Source: Octopus sinensis
Lineage: Eukaryota
Length of the DNA: 64,000 nucleotides
Assembly: GCF_006345805.1 (NCBI RefSeq)
Contig: NC_043014.1
Span: 34,224,001-34,288,000 of the forward strand
Reading direction: 5' to 3'
The notes beneath the pieces are model-generated. The model worked only from the letters and a program-made list of their open reading frames with translations, was not told where the DNA came from and did no database searches. Made by a program: the position numbers and the translations under genes. Numbering within the stretch: the first letter of the stretch is position 1; every line of letters begins with the position of its first letter. Shown here one piece after another: positions 1-13,273 of this stretch.

Positions 1-45
1 AATGTACATAAAGTCACAAAATGAAGAGAAAATTTGGATACTTAC

Positions 46-1506
46 CTCCAATCTTCATTGCCATCAGGTCCTCGTCAACAGCAACAGGAGTTGGCAGCTG
101 AGGGGTAGATTCCTTTACAAATTCTCGTTCCGGGCTTGGTTTTGGCACTGTAGCTGATGTCATACCTTTACCTGTTGCAGCCCTGTCCACAGATGCTGGA
201 GAGGATGTCCGTTTAGAAACAGTCAGCTCATCGTCCCTGTCTGATGTTCCCGAGTACACAACAATACTCTTTGATGTAGTCTCAGTGTTTCTGAACAGAC
301 CAGCCCAAGACTTCATCTTGGGAAGCTGTGGAGTAGGAGAAATATCTTTGTCTTTAGCTTGGCTAACTGTCTCCACACTCTCTGTTGAGGTCACACTGTC
401 TGCATCTTTTGTCACATCTACAGTCGGTGTCTGTGACTCTGATTCTAAGCTATTTGGTACATTCTCACCAGCAACTGCTGAACTCTCAACAACAGGTTCG
501 GCATTTTCAGATTTTGTTTCATTCACATCTGCCAAAGAACTATTTACAACACTGTCAACATGGTCACTAGGCTTGGGTGATTGGTCACTAGGTTGGCTCT
601 GCAAATTATCATTGTCTGAAGGTGTAGTTGTTGGGAGTGGTTTATCTTTAGCCTGACTGTTAAGTGAATTTGTATCAGATGGAGATTCCTCCCCAGTTTG
701 GTTACTATTACTCTTTTGGTCAGGAAATGTTATTATATAATGATCATTGTGTAACTTTAACTGTAAGTTATCATTAGGAAGAATACCATTCCCAGAGATT
801 TCAGAGTCAAAAAAGCTAATAGTTTCCAACATCTGGGTTTCAGTTTCAATTGACTTTTCTAGTTTTCCAGAAGGCACATTATCACAGTCTGGCTTCGCCT
901 GACCACTCTTGTCAATCATGCTAAAACTAGTTGGATCAACTTTATCAGTTCCGCAATTTTTCACTTGTACTCTCTTGTTACACTGCTTGATGTTTTTCAG
1001 ATCTCCAGATTTCGTCTCTTCTGCTTCAGTTTTCAATGAACCAGACAGGCTGGGTTCAAGCACATTGTTCCCCTCATAGAGTTTGCCATTCTCTTTGACT
1101 GATGTGTTTGTCACGGAGTTTCCAGCGACTGGCATGCTTGGTTGAGACTGGTCGTATTCATGAACTGTATCTACATGGTTGGAAACTGGTGGAATTACAG
1201 AATCATTATTGACCACTTCTAGTGAAGCATCAGAAGGAGGGGGTATGAAGTCATGATTTACCATGGTCAAATTGATGGGAATCATACCAGGAGGAGGCCC
1301 AACCACTGAGGGTCTGTTTATTTGGGGCTGAGAAATGTTGACTGGTTGTGTAAATACCAAAGGTACTAGTGGAGACTGGAAAATAGCACCTCCAGCAGGG
1401 ATGTGAGGAACAGGTCCTGTGCGTGGGTACAGAGTTGCAACAGGAACAACTGAAGGAGGTGGTGGAGGTGGATTACCATTGTAAGCTTCATAAGGAATCA
1501 GATCAT
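46..1506 (-). CDS. USP10: Ubiquitin carboxyl-terminal hydrolase 10, large N-terminal disordered-region exon (coding exon 4); gene continues left of the window
   Basis: Acceptor ttttacag at 1507-1514 and donor gtaagt at 45-40 on the minus strand; 1461 nt, phase 1-1. Contains KSWAGLF and PVAVDEDLMAMKIG, resembling vertebrate USP10 KSWASLF and EDPVAIKIA just before the USP domain (recalled, not aligned). Confidence 0.85.
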
Positions 1507-1590
1507 CTGTAAAAAGACAATGAAGGTCATGAGTTTTTATATAACTTAGCAAAGCATTATCAGGAAGGGAAATAAACAACATTAACTTAC

Positions 1591-1624
1591 CAGCTAAAGG
1601 AGATCCATCTTTGTCCCATGGAAA
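1591..1624 (-). CDS. USP10: USP10 coding exon 3 (34 nt, FPWDKDGSPLA)
   Basis: tttcag|TTTCCATGG...TTAGCTG|gtaagt; frame joins exon 2 (phase 0) to exon 4 (G+AT=Asp, then DLIPYEAY). Confidence 0.85.
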
Positions 1625-2329
1625 CTGAAATAGATAAAGTTTAGATTTTATTTCTCACCAATAGGTTATGGTATGCATCCAAATTTTTAAACTTGAAGAT
1701 TTTCCATTATGAAAAAAAAACATCAAAAATATAAAAACTATTTTTTAAATTGCTTTTTAAATTTGAGTTTTAAAATTTTTTTTTTTAAACTTGCTAAATA
1801 TGCAGGAAGTGAATTTCATTCCGAATAGCTAGCACAGAAAAGTGCAACTACTGTAGCCAGTGAATAAAATGGAGCTACAAAGAAGACTCAGTAGGATTCA
1901 GAGACTAAAAAAATATAAGTCCATTAGATGTACTGCAAAAAATAGATGCTTCTGCAGGGCTGGTCAGCCTGCTAGAAAGTGCACCAAATGTCTTAAGTCT
2001 CTACTGTCTTAAAAAAAGGAGAAACTGAGTGGAATAATTGTCCTAGATATACAATTCCAAAGAAAATGCTCATAGGCCAATTCAAATCAAAAGCACACTA
2101 CCACCAATAAAGAGACACACACACACAGGTTTTTACTCAGTGCCCCAATTTCCAAATTCCACTCAAGGAATTGGCCAACCTGGAGATATTTGCCCAAGAT
2201 CCCATACAATGGAATCAAATCCAAATCTACATATTAACAAAGCAAACTTCTTACCCACAAGTTATACATGCAAAAGTTATATTTCAGGACTTAATAAACA
2301 TCAAAGATTCAAAAAACTTGATTACTCAC

Positions 2330-2437
2330 TTCTATTTTCTTCTGCCCAGATTCCAAGTTTGCACCATGCAATATATGCTGGACAACATCTTGTTCATCTG
2401 GAGGTAAACCACTGAAGTCACCAAAGGAGTAGTTTTC
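2330..2437 (-). CDS. USP10: USP10 coding exon 2 (108 nt, ENYSFGDFSGLPPDEQDVVQHILHGANLESGQKKIE) with the G3BP-binding FGDF motif
   Basis: gtattttcag acceptor and gtgagt donor; open 36-codon exon; FGDF near the N-terminus is the established USP10 signature. Confidence 0.88.
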
Positions 2438-2534
2438 CTGAAAATACATTACAAAAACAGTTAATTATATCCCGAAATTATTACAACTACCACTATAAAT
2501 TAAATTTCTTTTTAACCCTTTCATTAACATTACT

Positions 2535-2603
2535 GTGAGAGAGATAGAGAGAGAGAGAAAGAGAGAGAGAAAGATAGAGAGAGAGTGAGAGAAAGAAAGA
2601 GAA
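2535..2603. repeat. (GA)n/(GAAA)n microsatellite
   Basis: Direct reading. Confidence 0.9.
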
Positions 2604-3277
2604 ACTGTCAGTAAACTAAATTTTTTTTCAACTTTTTTAATTTGCTTGGTTCGTTGACACTGCAGTCATTAATTTCCTGTAGTTTATTTCTATGTACAGA
2701 GCTGCTAGAAATTATAATGTTCTCAAACTCTTCAGATGATTAAATTGAAAAAGCCATAATAAAAGGACAAACTAGATAGAATGAGAGTATACTGGCAATT
2801 TATAATGACATTATTCAAGACAATTTAACATGGACAACTTCCATTGTGTGCATCTGATAATAAATTTTATTGTTTTTCTTTTCTACTATAAATTAGTAAG
2901 TCCTTAAAAAATGATATCAAGACAAGAACTACACTGTACGTTACCTAGCTATACTTGGAGCAAGTTTTGGATGCAGGTATAAACATATGGATTATAAATT
3001 TTGTTTCACAACCATATGGTTTTAGCTTCAATCCCACTTTCATCCTAAGTGATTTCTACAATAGCCTTGCACTGAGCAAAGACCATCCTTGTTCTTGAAT
3101 GGTATGCCTAATCTGTCACCCAATTTAACATCACTACCTAGCTTTTCAGTGCACCTACAAAATCCTGCTGCAAACTTTGAGATAGATCTCTGTGAATAAT
3201 TTCTACCCTACCTATCAGCAATCAATGAAGCCTTGAAATGGAGCCCACCAGCACTGCTCTTCCACTTCTAAGATGTT

Positions 3278-3460
3278 TAACCCTTTTGTTACCTTTCTTT
3301 TGAAATACACTGCCTTTCTTTCAATTAATTTTGAAAGCAATAAAAAATTTTATTAACATAACTGACATTATTAAGCTATGCTTTGGAACATAAATGAACA
3401 TGAAATTTTTGTACCATAGAACCACAGGTGGTCTCAGACAAGTTGGTATCAGGGGTTACC
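3278..3460. mobile_element. Degenerate piggyBac-type MITE
   Basis: Starts ttaa-CCCTTTT; similar to the element at 61118-61340. Confidence 0.5.
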
Positions 3461-3949
3461 CATCTCACACACCCAGAAATTTAATGCTACCCATCTACAT
3501 TTTTTATTCTATTACAAAATAACCATACTTTGCAAAATTCAGATATTAACATAGAAGAGTCAAGAAATCTATGGACATTATATTCATTCTTTTCCACAGA
3601 CTTATGAATGAAAATCTGGCAAAATTTAGTGCTAAAAACAAGAGACACCAAACTATATAAGAAAAAGTATCTTAACAATATACTTTCAAATCAAATATGA
3701 GATTTTTCAACTCAAGAATTGAATACAAATTATATTGCAGTAACAATACACAAACCTTCCATTAACATTTTAACTTCCTTATTGAAGTAGTAACATCAGT
3801 TAGATGCCTGAAATAATAGATCTTTGGTACCTTGAACCCAGGTTTCCTCATTTGTTCAAGAAACTTAGATCTTTTCCATAGGTGTTTCTTGACCAATCAC
3901 CACAGATCACCCATCAACTAAGCATTTTTCCCAACTAGCATCCACAGAT

Positions 3950-4315
3950 GCAAGCATGCTGTGTGGTAAGAAGCTTGCTCCCCAACCACATGGTTCAAGC
4001 TTTAGTCCCACTGCATGGCACCTTAGGCTAGTGTCTTCTATAGCCCCAGGCTAACCAAAGCCTTGCAAGTGGATGTGATAGATGGAAACTGAAAGAAGCC
4101 TGTTTAGTGTGTGTGTAAGTCACCATTGCTTGACAAATGGTGTTGATGTTTACATCCCTGTAACTTAATGGTTCAGCAAAAGAGATCAACAGAATAACAA
4201 GTACTAGATTAAGAAAAACAGTACTAGAGTCAATTCATTCTACTAAAAATCCCTCACTGCAGTGTCCCAGCAAGGCTGCAGTCTAATGGCTGAAACAAGT
4301 AGAAGATAAAAGATA
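3950..4315 (+). mobile_element. tRNA-derived SINE, family A (degenerate)
   Basis: Collinear with the 8135-8545 copy (gctgtgtggtaagaagcttgc ... ggaaactgaaagaagcc ... ctgaaacaagta). Confidence 0.85.
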
Positions 4316-6006
4316 CTGTATATAACCAGAACAGTTTATATCATGTATCACAACCAGTGCATTTAATCTTAATACCAACCCATCTGCCTCTACTAAAGAG
4401 TTCATATTGAAAATGAAATATATTATTAATGGGTACAAGATTTTACAACAATGTATAACCCAATCAAGGAAGCTTTTGGTCACTCAACTTGCAAAAAATA
4501 ACAGCCAAATCTTTCTCAAACAGCACCCAACTATCTTACGAAAGGATAATATGGACTTGGGTTCCTTGTGTACAGGAAAAAGGATTAACTAGCTTACACA
4601 ACTTTTTTCATATTTCACCAACAACAGACCAAACTGGAATTCCTCATCAATCATTTTATATATAATTCAGTACTTTAGATTCCAAAAGAGAGTAATAGTG
4701 CATTGGTTCTCAAAACCACTTCAATATCCATCTAAACCTAACCACTATGTTATCTCTTGGTCCATTGCTATTTATATCAACTAGGTAGCAAATATACTTC
4801 TATCATCAAGCCATCTGAGTAGTCCATAGATTTTGTGTTGGCATTTAATGCATCTTAAGATTTTAATTTCTTGCCAATCTTCTAGAGATCACTGAGAATT
4901 ATTTTTGACATCCTCAGTATGTATTGACTACAGAGTACTGAGTTTCTTCTATAAGCTATATACTTAGCCCCACCTTAAATTTATCAATGTCCAGGCAAGA
5001 TAAGTGTTCTAAGCCAAGACCTTTTCTTGCATATATTGCCATACTTAAATTAATGCAACATCATGAAATGGTAAATCAATGTGAAAAAAGAAAAATGCAC
5101 TGCCTATTCTAACCATCCCAAAACTTAAAATTAGTGATAATACAATAGTTTTAAATATGCACAGCACACCACTTCGTATTAACTTTAATTGTATGTAGCA
5201 AAATAAAATGACATTTGTAACAACAGGCTTGGTCAAGCAACTGCTGAAAGGAACAACAATTGTGGTTATTAATTTACAGAACAGACTATATCAATTTAGA
5301 ATATAACCACATAATATATCAACTTCGTAAATAAAATATATCAAACTGCTGCAATGTCAGTTTACAATCAAATTTTGATTAAACCCTCTTGAGAACAATT
5401 GCCAAAAATGAAGAAGATAAAATATTGGTTTATATCATCCTAACAGGTTAAATTCAAAAACTTTGGAACAACCATAACCAACTTCAAGACCACCAAATTT
5501 GTATTAAATATTTATTAGTATTAGAATAACTTTGAGAAAGTTTAATTTAGTTTCTGCTTTATAATACCCTATACTGAATTTTGCTTCATCTCTTCAGGTA
5601 CTATTTTACTGAGGATTGAATCCCCATTCCCAATATGAAAATCTCCATAAAAACCAATAACTAATCACAAACTAGAGGCAATTTTTTTTAAATATGAAAA
5701 GGCAGTAGGGTATAAAAATGGAAAATAAGAGTTTCTGTTATAGACAAAACATTACTGTAAAAACCACAGAAAATAAAGACACTGCAATCAAAGTCCTGTG
5801 CCAAATTTAGCTCAATATGGTTGTCATTAAAAAAGCTTTAATGTCATTTAAACATGCAGTTTAGTAACCTGTATGGATTCAAGCTTAGCATATATATGGC
5901 ATCTGATATATCAAGTAATCTGTCTAAAATGGTACAAAACAGCAAAAGGTTAAAAGTTTACTAAGTCATTTTAATCAGTATATAATCAATTTTTCCATCT
6001 TTAATT

Positions 6007-6263
6007 TGTTGTGTCTGGGAAGAGTCATTTTCTTTTTGTGCCTTATAATGTAACACACTCACCAGTAAAATTTCCACTTATTTCTTATCTTTATTTTCCT
6101 AAAATTTTTGTTGCGTCTTGCAACCTTTTAAATAGTCTTGACTCTTGAAAAGGTTGCAAGACGCAACGAGAATTTTAATAAAATAAAAATAAGTGGAAAT
6201 TTTACCAGTGAGTGTGTTACATTATAAGGCACAAAAAGAAAATGACTCTCCCCAGACACAACA
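6007..6263. mobile_element. Foldback element / MITE, near-perfect ~257-bp palindrome
   Basis: tgttgtgtctgggaagagtcattttctttttgtgcc... and ...ggcacaaaaagaaaatgactctccccagacacaaca are reverse complements around a short loop at ~6130-6147. Confidence 0.85.
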
Positions 6264-6714
6264 GAATATGTTTCAACATACAAACTCATATAAAGAATCT
6301 TGCAAACCAAATCCAAAAACGAAAATCTTTAATTTGTTTCATTATAAATAAAAACTCTCATTAGTCAAAATATTTAACCATTTCATGCTTTATAGTTAAA
6401 GAAACTCTGGAATTCATCACAATTACCAAGATATCAGTGTCTCCAGATTCAAATACCATTACTAGTTCTACTTTAAACTAAATGGAAACTGGTGAAGAAT
6501 TTGTCAAGCAATATCTTTCCATACTAAGTTCACCAAACATTGCTCGGTCATGAACAAGTCAAATATACACTTTAGACATCAAAACATACATCAGTGAATA
6601 TTATTCAAACAACTTATGTCCTAGATTCTGGTACCAACGTTAACGTTGAAACAAATGGATTTTAGAATGTCAAAAGATAAAAAATAAACCCTATAATTAA
6701 ACTAACACATTATA

Positions 6715-6870
6715 TATCAACATTTAATATGTTTTCCATGTTAGTATGGATTGGATGGTTCAATAGGATTGTGCCAAACTCCAATATCTGCTTTGGTAAG
6801 TTTCCTACAGCTGGAAGCCTTTCTTAACTGCTTTGCAGTGTGTACTGGGTGTTTTTGATGTGGCACAAGT
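6715..6870 (-). mobile_element. Degenerate RTE-LINE 3'-tail fragment
   Basis: Reverse-complement similarity to 7346-7504. Confidence 0.55.
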
Positions 6871-7345
6871 ACCAGTGAGGTTACTAACTAACTCACAAAA
6901 CAAGACCCTCAACTGAAAGGGGCAATTTTGAGAGAGATAGCATTATGCCAATGATGGGAGGTTAAAGTATGATAGAGAAACAGATACTGATGTCTTGTTG
7001 TAGGGCTGATACAGTGTTAATCCTGTTGGAAAAGAAGAGATAAGTAAAGATTTGTCAAGATATACTCTCAGCAGTATGCACCCCTCAATCATTAATAACT
7101 AACTGTACTGTGATCCTAACACTAACACCAGTTACTATTTCTGCTCATCTTCACTATCCCTCAACTGAACAACACCTCTACAAACAATACTGAATTCTTC
7201 AAGCTTATAAAGTAATGTTGAGACACTAAAGTATGTGTGCCTGAATATGATAATCATTTATTCTTGTCATCTGTCTTAACTATGCTACTTTATTTATTGA
7301 ATAAAGTAGCAAGTAGTCAATATTCTGTAATTTCAACTATATATA

Positions 7346-7504
7346 CTACACTCACAGAGTGGTTGGCATTAGGAAGGGCATCCAGCAGTAGAAACACTGC
7401 CAGATCAGACTGAAGCCTGGTGCAGCCTCCTGGCTTCCCAGTCCTCAGTCGAACCATCCAACCCATGCTAGCATGGAAAACGGACGTTAAACGATGATGA
7501 TGAT
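7346..7504 (+). mobile_element. RTE-LINE 3' end (5'-truncated) with (GAT)n tail
   Basis: ctacactcacagagtggttggcattaggaagggcatccagc...ggacgttaaacgatgatgatgat; the same sequence terminates the RT-bearing LINE at 39180-39334. Confidence 0.85.
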
Positions 7505-8134
7505 ATACTAAAATGCATACCTTTTTTTTAGTACATTGGACTACACACAAAGTGCACCAAATTATTTTCATTTGCTCTAAAAAGTACAGCGAATAAAGAG
7601 TTTGGGAACCACTGGTGGTCATGCAATCTGCTAAACATAGCAACCACATCTCTCTAACACCCTACCATCTTAACAGCATATCAAAGATTATTTCAATATG
7701 CATTTTTTTTATTAAGTCAGTGTATCACAAGTCATCACCTGTAACCATGTGGTTAAGTCTGCTTGATCAGAGGTGACCAGGGAATATACAACAAAGAAAC
7801 TGGCAAGGCTTTGGAAAGATATGAATAGTAAAAGCAATGCCTCTTAATGATTAGAATCTAATGGAAATATATGGATTACTAGAATTAATCTTAAGGGACA
7901 CTACAGCACACACCCTATAGTTATGGCTGTAAAAGAGGATGGGGAACAGGCAAATGCAAAGATATGAAGAACAAGTTCAGCACAATAGAAACAAATGTTA
8001 GACTTGAAAGAAGTAAAACAGACGATACAATAATAGATACTATAACTTTAATACGAGTTCAGCCACACTAATAAGATCTGACATGCGTGAGATGCTGACA
8101 CCCTATCCCAGGTTTTAAAAAAATAAACCTAATA

Positions 8135-8545
8135 GGTGCAGGAGTGGCTGTGTGGTAAGTAGCTTGCTTACCAACCACATGGTTCCGGGTTCAGTCCCAC
8201 TGCGTGGCACCTTGGGCAAGTGTCTTCTGCTATAGCCTCGGGCCGACCAATGCCTTGTGAGTGGATTTGGTAGACGGAAACTGAAAGAAGCCTGTCGTAT
8301 ATATATATATATATGTATGTATGTGTGTGTGTGTATATGTTTGTGTGTCTGTGTTTGTCCCCCTAGCATTGCTTGACAACCGATGCTGGTGTGTTTAGTC
8401 CGTCACTTAGCGGTTCGGCAAAAGAGACCGATAGAATAAATACTGGGCTTACAAAGAATAAGTCCCGGGGTCGATTTGCTCGACTAAAGGCGGTGCTCCA
8501 GCATGGCCGCAGTCAAATGACTGAAACAAGTAAAAGATAAAAGAT
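8135..8545 (+). mobile_element. tRNA-derived SINE, family A, young full-length copy with internal (TA)n(TG)n
   Basis: A-box-like TGGCTGTGTGG, B-box-like GGTTCAGTCCC, tail aaaagataaaaga; multiple copies in the window; resembles described octopus tRNA-SINEs. Confidence 0.9.
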
Positions 8546-9429
8546 AGAAAGATAATCATATTTAATGGGGCCAAGTTTTACAAAACAAAATCAGCAATCA
8601 ATTAGTTGAACTTTCTAAAGTGGGACAAAAATCTACAATTAAACCGTTAAACAATACAGGTGTATATAATTTTGAACGTTAATTTCACCTAATTATATAC
8701 ATAATTACAAGGCAATGAAGAAGCCAGTGTATCATATACTTCACATGAAAAGGAAGTTTTAACACAGGCTAACCTATGAGCTAAGGCCTCCCAGCTGTGA
8801 CTATCATTTTCCCTTTGGTGTGTCAATTCCCCTTCATGACAATGTCGTTTTAAGGATATTTGGCTGTTGTGTCTAACAGGTTAAGTGACAATGTAGAGAC
8901 ACTCATTGAATAAGTTTCCGGCAGCCCCAAAAATGTATTTTAGTAAATTTACAGAAATAACCAATATTCATAAAATAAGGTAATTAACGGAAATAATCTC
9001 TAACAGATATCCTCACATACTGATTTGTTTAATAACTGGCCGATGACGCCCTTACCACCACTAACCACTCAAACATGAAGTAGGGGTAGAAACGGGGCAA
9101 GCAGAGTTTAAGTGTTTTGTTTGATCTAGAGACATGACAGATGTGAACTCTTGACATGGTCAGCTAGCAAGAGCTAATGAGAAAATCGCTGCATGATCGC
9201 GTTACCTGCAGCCATATCTTCCCACTAACATCTTATCTTTAAAAAGGGGTCGTTGGATAGACAGGATGGTCATGCTTGAAGGCCTTTGGGGGCTTAAACA
9301 ACGAAGAAGCGGTCTAAAGTGATAGCATTAACTAGCTGTTTCATGTATCACAAATTCAAAACTTCTAGATATTCGTTCATCACTCAATATTTTGGTTAAT
9401 ATAGGGCGTAACAAATATCAGAAAATCAA

Positions 9430-9915
9430 AAAAAAAATGTGTGTAATAGGTGTAAAACAACTTCCTATGAACGAATATGAAAAAAAAAATTCGCGCACGC
9501 GAAAGGGGGGTGGGGGAGAGGCCTCGGAAAATTCACATCGGGAAGTTCCGAAAGCGTCTGAGGAGCTGACCCGGGCACCAAAACAAACAAAAAATAGTGT
9601 AATATGTGTAAAACAACTTGCTCTAAACGAATATGAAAAAAAAAATGCGCTCTCGAGAAAGAGGGGTGGGGGAGAGGCCTCGGAATATTTATATCGGGAA
9701 TTTCCGAAAGCGTCTGAACCGGGCACAAAAACAAAAACAAAAACAGCGTAATAGGTGTAAAACAACTTGCTCTAAACGACTATCATGAAAAAAATGCGCG
9801 CTCGCGAAAGGGGGGTGGGGGAGAGGCTTCGGAAATTTCACATCTTCAGTCCACGGCCTTTAAACTAAGAAAAAATAGTGTAATTGGTGTAAAACTACTT
9901 GTTCTAAACGAGTAT
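9430..9915. repeat. Tandem repeat with ~130-157-bp unit, ~3.3 copies, CpG/G-tract rich, containing kB-like sites
   Basis: Unit start gtaat(a/t)(g/t)gtgtaaaac recurs at ~9443, ~9599, ~9748 and ~9880. Confidence 0.9.
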
Positions 9916-10304
9916 CAAGAACACACACTCACACATGAATCATAAACTCCGTATTTCGCAAAAAAAAAAATAAAGAGAAGAAATTCTGGAAAAAGTGAAG
10001 AAATGTTGGATCTCATTCCTTGGTGAATCAAAATACGTGTCAGAAACATCTTGAAATACTACAGAAATTATGTTACGAAAATGATAATGTATACATACCT
10101 CTTTGAGTGGTCCATCGATAATGATGATAAAGAAATGAGTTGGATTTGAACTCAGAATATTGACTAACACAACTACATACTACAAGACTCAAAATATTCA
10201 GCCAAGTCACCACCCTTTAACTAGCAATAATAATAACATCAATAACATAACAGCCAATTCTTGAGACAAACTTGGTAGCAAGATAAATATTTCAAATCTC
10301 AAAG

Positions 10305-10628
10305 GGCTCGACCACATGGCTCCGGGTTCAGTCCCACTGTGTAGCACTTCTAAAGCCGTGAAGTGGATTTGGGAGCAGGAAACGGAAAAGATCCCGTTAT
10401 GTGTCAGTGTGTGTGTGCGCGTCTTTGCGTTCGTCCCTCACGACCACTTGACAACCGTTATCGGTTTGTTTACGTCCTTGTAACTTAGCGGTTCGGCGAG
10501 AAACCGATAGAAAAGTACCAGGCTTTAAAAAGAAATAAATACTAGGGTCGATTCGTTCGACTAAAATCCTTTAAAGCCGTTGTCCGAGCATGACCGCGGT
10601 CCAATGACTGTAACAAGTAAAAGATAAC
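10305..10628 (+). mobile_element. SINE family A copy, internally deleted
   Basis: accacatggctccgggttcagtcccactg ... cttagcggttcggc ... aacaagtaaaagata. Confidence 0.8.
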
Positions 10629-13255
10629 TACTAGTCACACCGTCCAAAGTTCAGGTCACATTACTGCCAATGTGTGTGGGCCTCGACTGAACTGAAGTTC
10701 GATTTCTTTAACATTCAATGATTAACGGTATGAAATCATAAAAACAATAGCTCTAACAAATAAATCGTGCTGTACATGCAAGCATTGGAACAATCAATCC
10801 ATGCTACGATATCTACGGGAAAGGCATGAGTGTAACAAATTCACATCTCTTCAAAATGAATGCGATAAAAGTATTGAGCAACAGGTAATTACAAATACAA
10901 CACAAAGCAAATAAGGTATGTTTACTGCCCAAGCAAAAGACCAAGTCAAAAAGAATTCTATCAAAGTTTGTTTTTAAAAAATTTAATTTAAAACGCCAAA
11001 TGTCAAACAAACTCAACTAGCTTGTTTAAAAAGCAAGGTATTATTAAATCAGGTTAATGGGCTGGAAATAAAATGTTCAAAAATGCTTTTAACAATAGGA
11101 TGTGCAACAAACAATCTGCTAGTCTGCAGTAAAAATATAAACATTTACACTTCAATTGCTAATGTTCTTATTTAGCCGCAGGTCAAGGGGTTTCTAAAAT
11201 AACTCACCTCGGATGACATTAAGTAATTGTGACTTTATCAAAGACGGTGGAGAGTGGTTTGGGGGAAATTTAGCTGCTATTTCTTACGGGTCAAATGACT
11301 GTAAAGAGACTCCCTGTCGCTTCGACAAATAACTAATTAATCACCAGAGGAATCAATTATTTTTACAAGTCATCTTTCTATAAATCTGCAAACTAGAACA
11401 ATGACAACGTCCAACAGGTCGAAACAGCTATTAACAATGGACAGAGGTTAGGACCGAAGTCGAACCTAGAACAAAAGCCATACATTCTGAAGATAGCGGA
11501 ATTACATCGACCACAAAAGATGCCTGAAGAGAACTAATACATCAACCGAACACGCCTGTATCAATAACTGAGAATTTAGCACTTTATTTTATGCTTTTAT
11601 CTTTTTCAAACTAGATTTGACAATAGGTAAGGCCAACAAGCGATTAAAAAAAACAACAAACAAAACGTAATGGAAAGAGGGTAGATTTTATAATTACAGA
11701 AAATAATACTTCTAATTGAATTACGAAAAAAAAGATGCTGCAATGTCGACAGTTATTAAACGACGGTAATGGTTAGACCAAATCCAAAATAAACATGTGA
11801 TTCACAGTGAATATTATTTTTGCGATCATGAAATTTTACTAAGAGGAATCAGTTTTCGAAACATACTTCAGTAAATCTTAAATTATTTCAGCTTACAAAC
11901 ATCTTGCATGAAGTATGTAAATAGAATTAAATAGAAAGGTATCAACTTGTGTGTGTGTGTGGAACAGTTAGAGACATTGTTCCAACATGGCGCTAATTCC
12001 TTAACCTTAAACAACAGATATAAAACAAAGCTAATGTGCATTATTACACAGCATACAGAGATAAGTGGTTGGGTTTATTTTTACAATTTACCTAGCATTC
12101 CACTTAGTTATTGCAAAACGAGCTAAAAAATCGAGCAAATGAGGAGTAACAAGTGAATTTGCTCGCTGACAACCCAACTCCACACACCAAACTCTGTTAT
12201 CACCCACGTGTCTTTACAACACAGAAAACCAATTTTCTCAAGCTACTTTCCTAAGAAACATTTTTCATCATCAACACGATATATTTCTGTCTAAATGAAA
12301 TATGTGTTGTGCTCGTATGTGGCTATTAAAAGAAAATATCAAACGTGGAATATATTTTTTTTGTTCAAATATGTATAGATAAAACAGTTGAAGAGAGGCC
12401 AGCCTGTCATTATTGGCATATGTAAAAAATTTCGAATGATTAACACAAAAGGCCGATGAAAATCTGCGGTCGTTGAACTAACAACCACGTTCAAATACAA
12501 ACATCAAAATGGGATACATGTTCGATTATATTTATTTAGACGAAAAATTTAAATTACTCGTTTACAGTAGTATATCTTATTCCGATCATAAAGTTTATCT
12601 AAGTGTTGTGCTTTGCACTAAGAAAACAAATTAGGTTATGTTAGACAAGTATTACAAGACAGTTAGATACAGAAACATGAAGGAAAACAAGTTTAAATCA
12701 AGTTTAGACTATACAAATTTTGTGAAGGGATCAAGGTTACTTGGATACATGAAGTAATAAGGCGATGGAGGGGGGGTAGAGAAAGAGCGAATTTAATTCT
12801 TCTTATTTCAATTGTCAGCATACTGACAGAGAATATATACGTGGAGGGGGGGTACACGAAGTTTGGGAAAGGGTTACGAAAATTGCTAAGTCATTTGTTC
12901 GTTTAGAATTGGTCTAATGGAATCAGTACATATAGCTTTTCAACTGTCATAATAGACATCCGAGTAACATAGAATACATAAAGTGATCATTAGAGCAGAG
13001 AGATAAAATTGAGACAATACAGTAATTAAATAGTGATGGAGCGTGAATAAAGATATTTTCCAATCCAAGCTGTTACAAAAGAGGTTTTTTAAAAACTATT
13101 AAACGTTTTGATACGTTTTTTTTTTTCGTTGTTCCTCGTGTTAAGTATAAACAACAAAAAGCGTTAGGCAAATAAAAATAAAATCGCTTAAAGATTTCAT
13201 CGTTGATACAATCAGAAAGTACTTTTACTGGATGCATAATAATAAAATGAGTCAC

Positions 13256-13273
13256 CTGAGCTGTTTTAGCCAT
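13256..13273 (-). CDS. USP10: USP10 first coding exon (MAKTAQ), followed by a ~10.8-kb intron
   Basis: taaacATGGCTAAAACAGCTCAG|gtgact: good Kozak context (A at -3, G at +4) and phase-0 donor. Parallels human MALHSPQ|YIFGDF. Lies next to a CpG-richer promoter-like region. Confidence 0.72.

Noticed and set aside
14-1582. 522-aa ORF as a standalone gene
   Set aside because: Both ends run into intron sequence; splice sites define a USP10 exon at 46-1506.
9392-9765. ORFs with duplicated peptides
   Set aside because: Products of the ~150-bp tandem repeat; unit lengths differ and no splice or homology support exists.
9430-9915. CRISPR-like array
   Set aside because: Eukaryotic context; whole units are repeated with no unique spacers and no cas genes.
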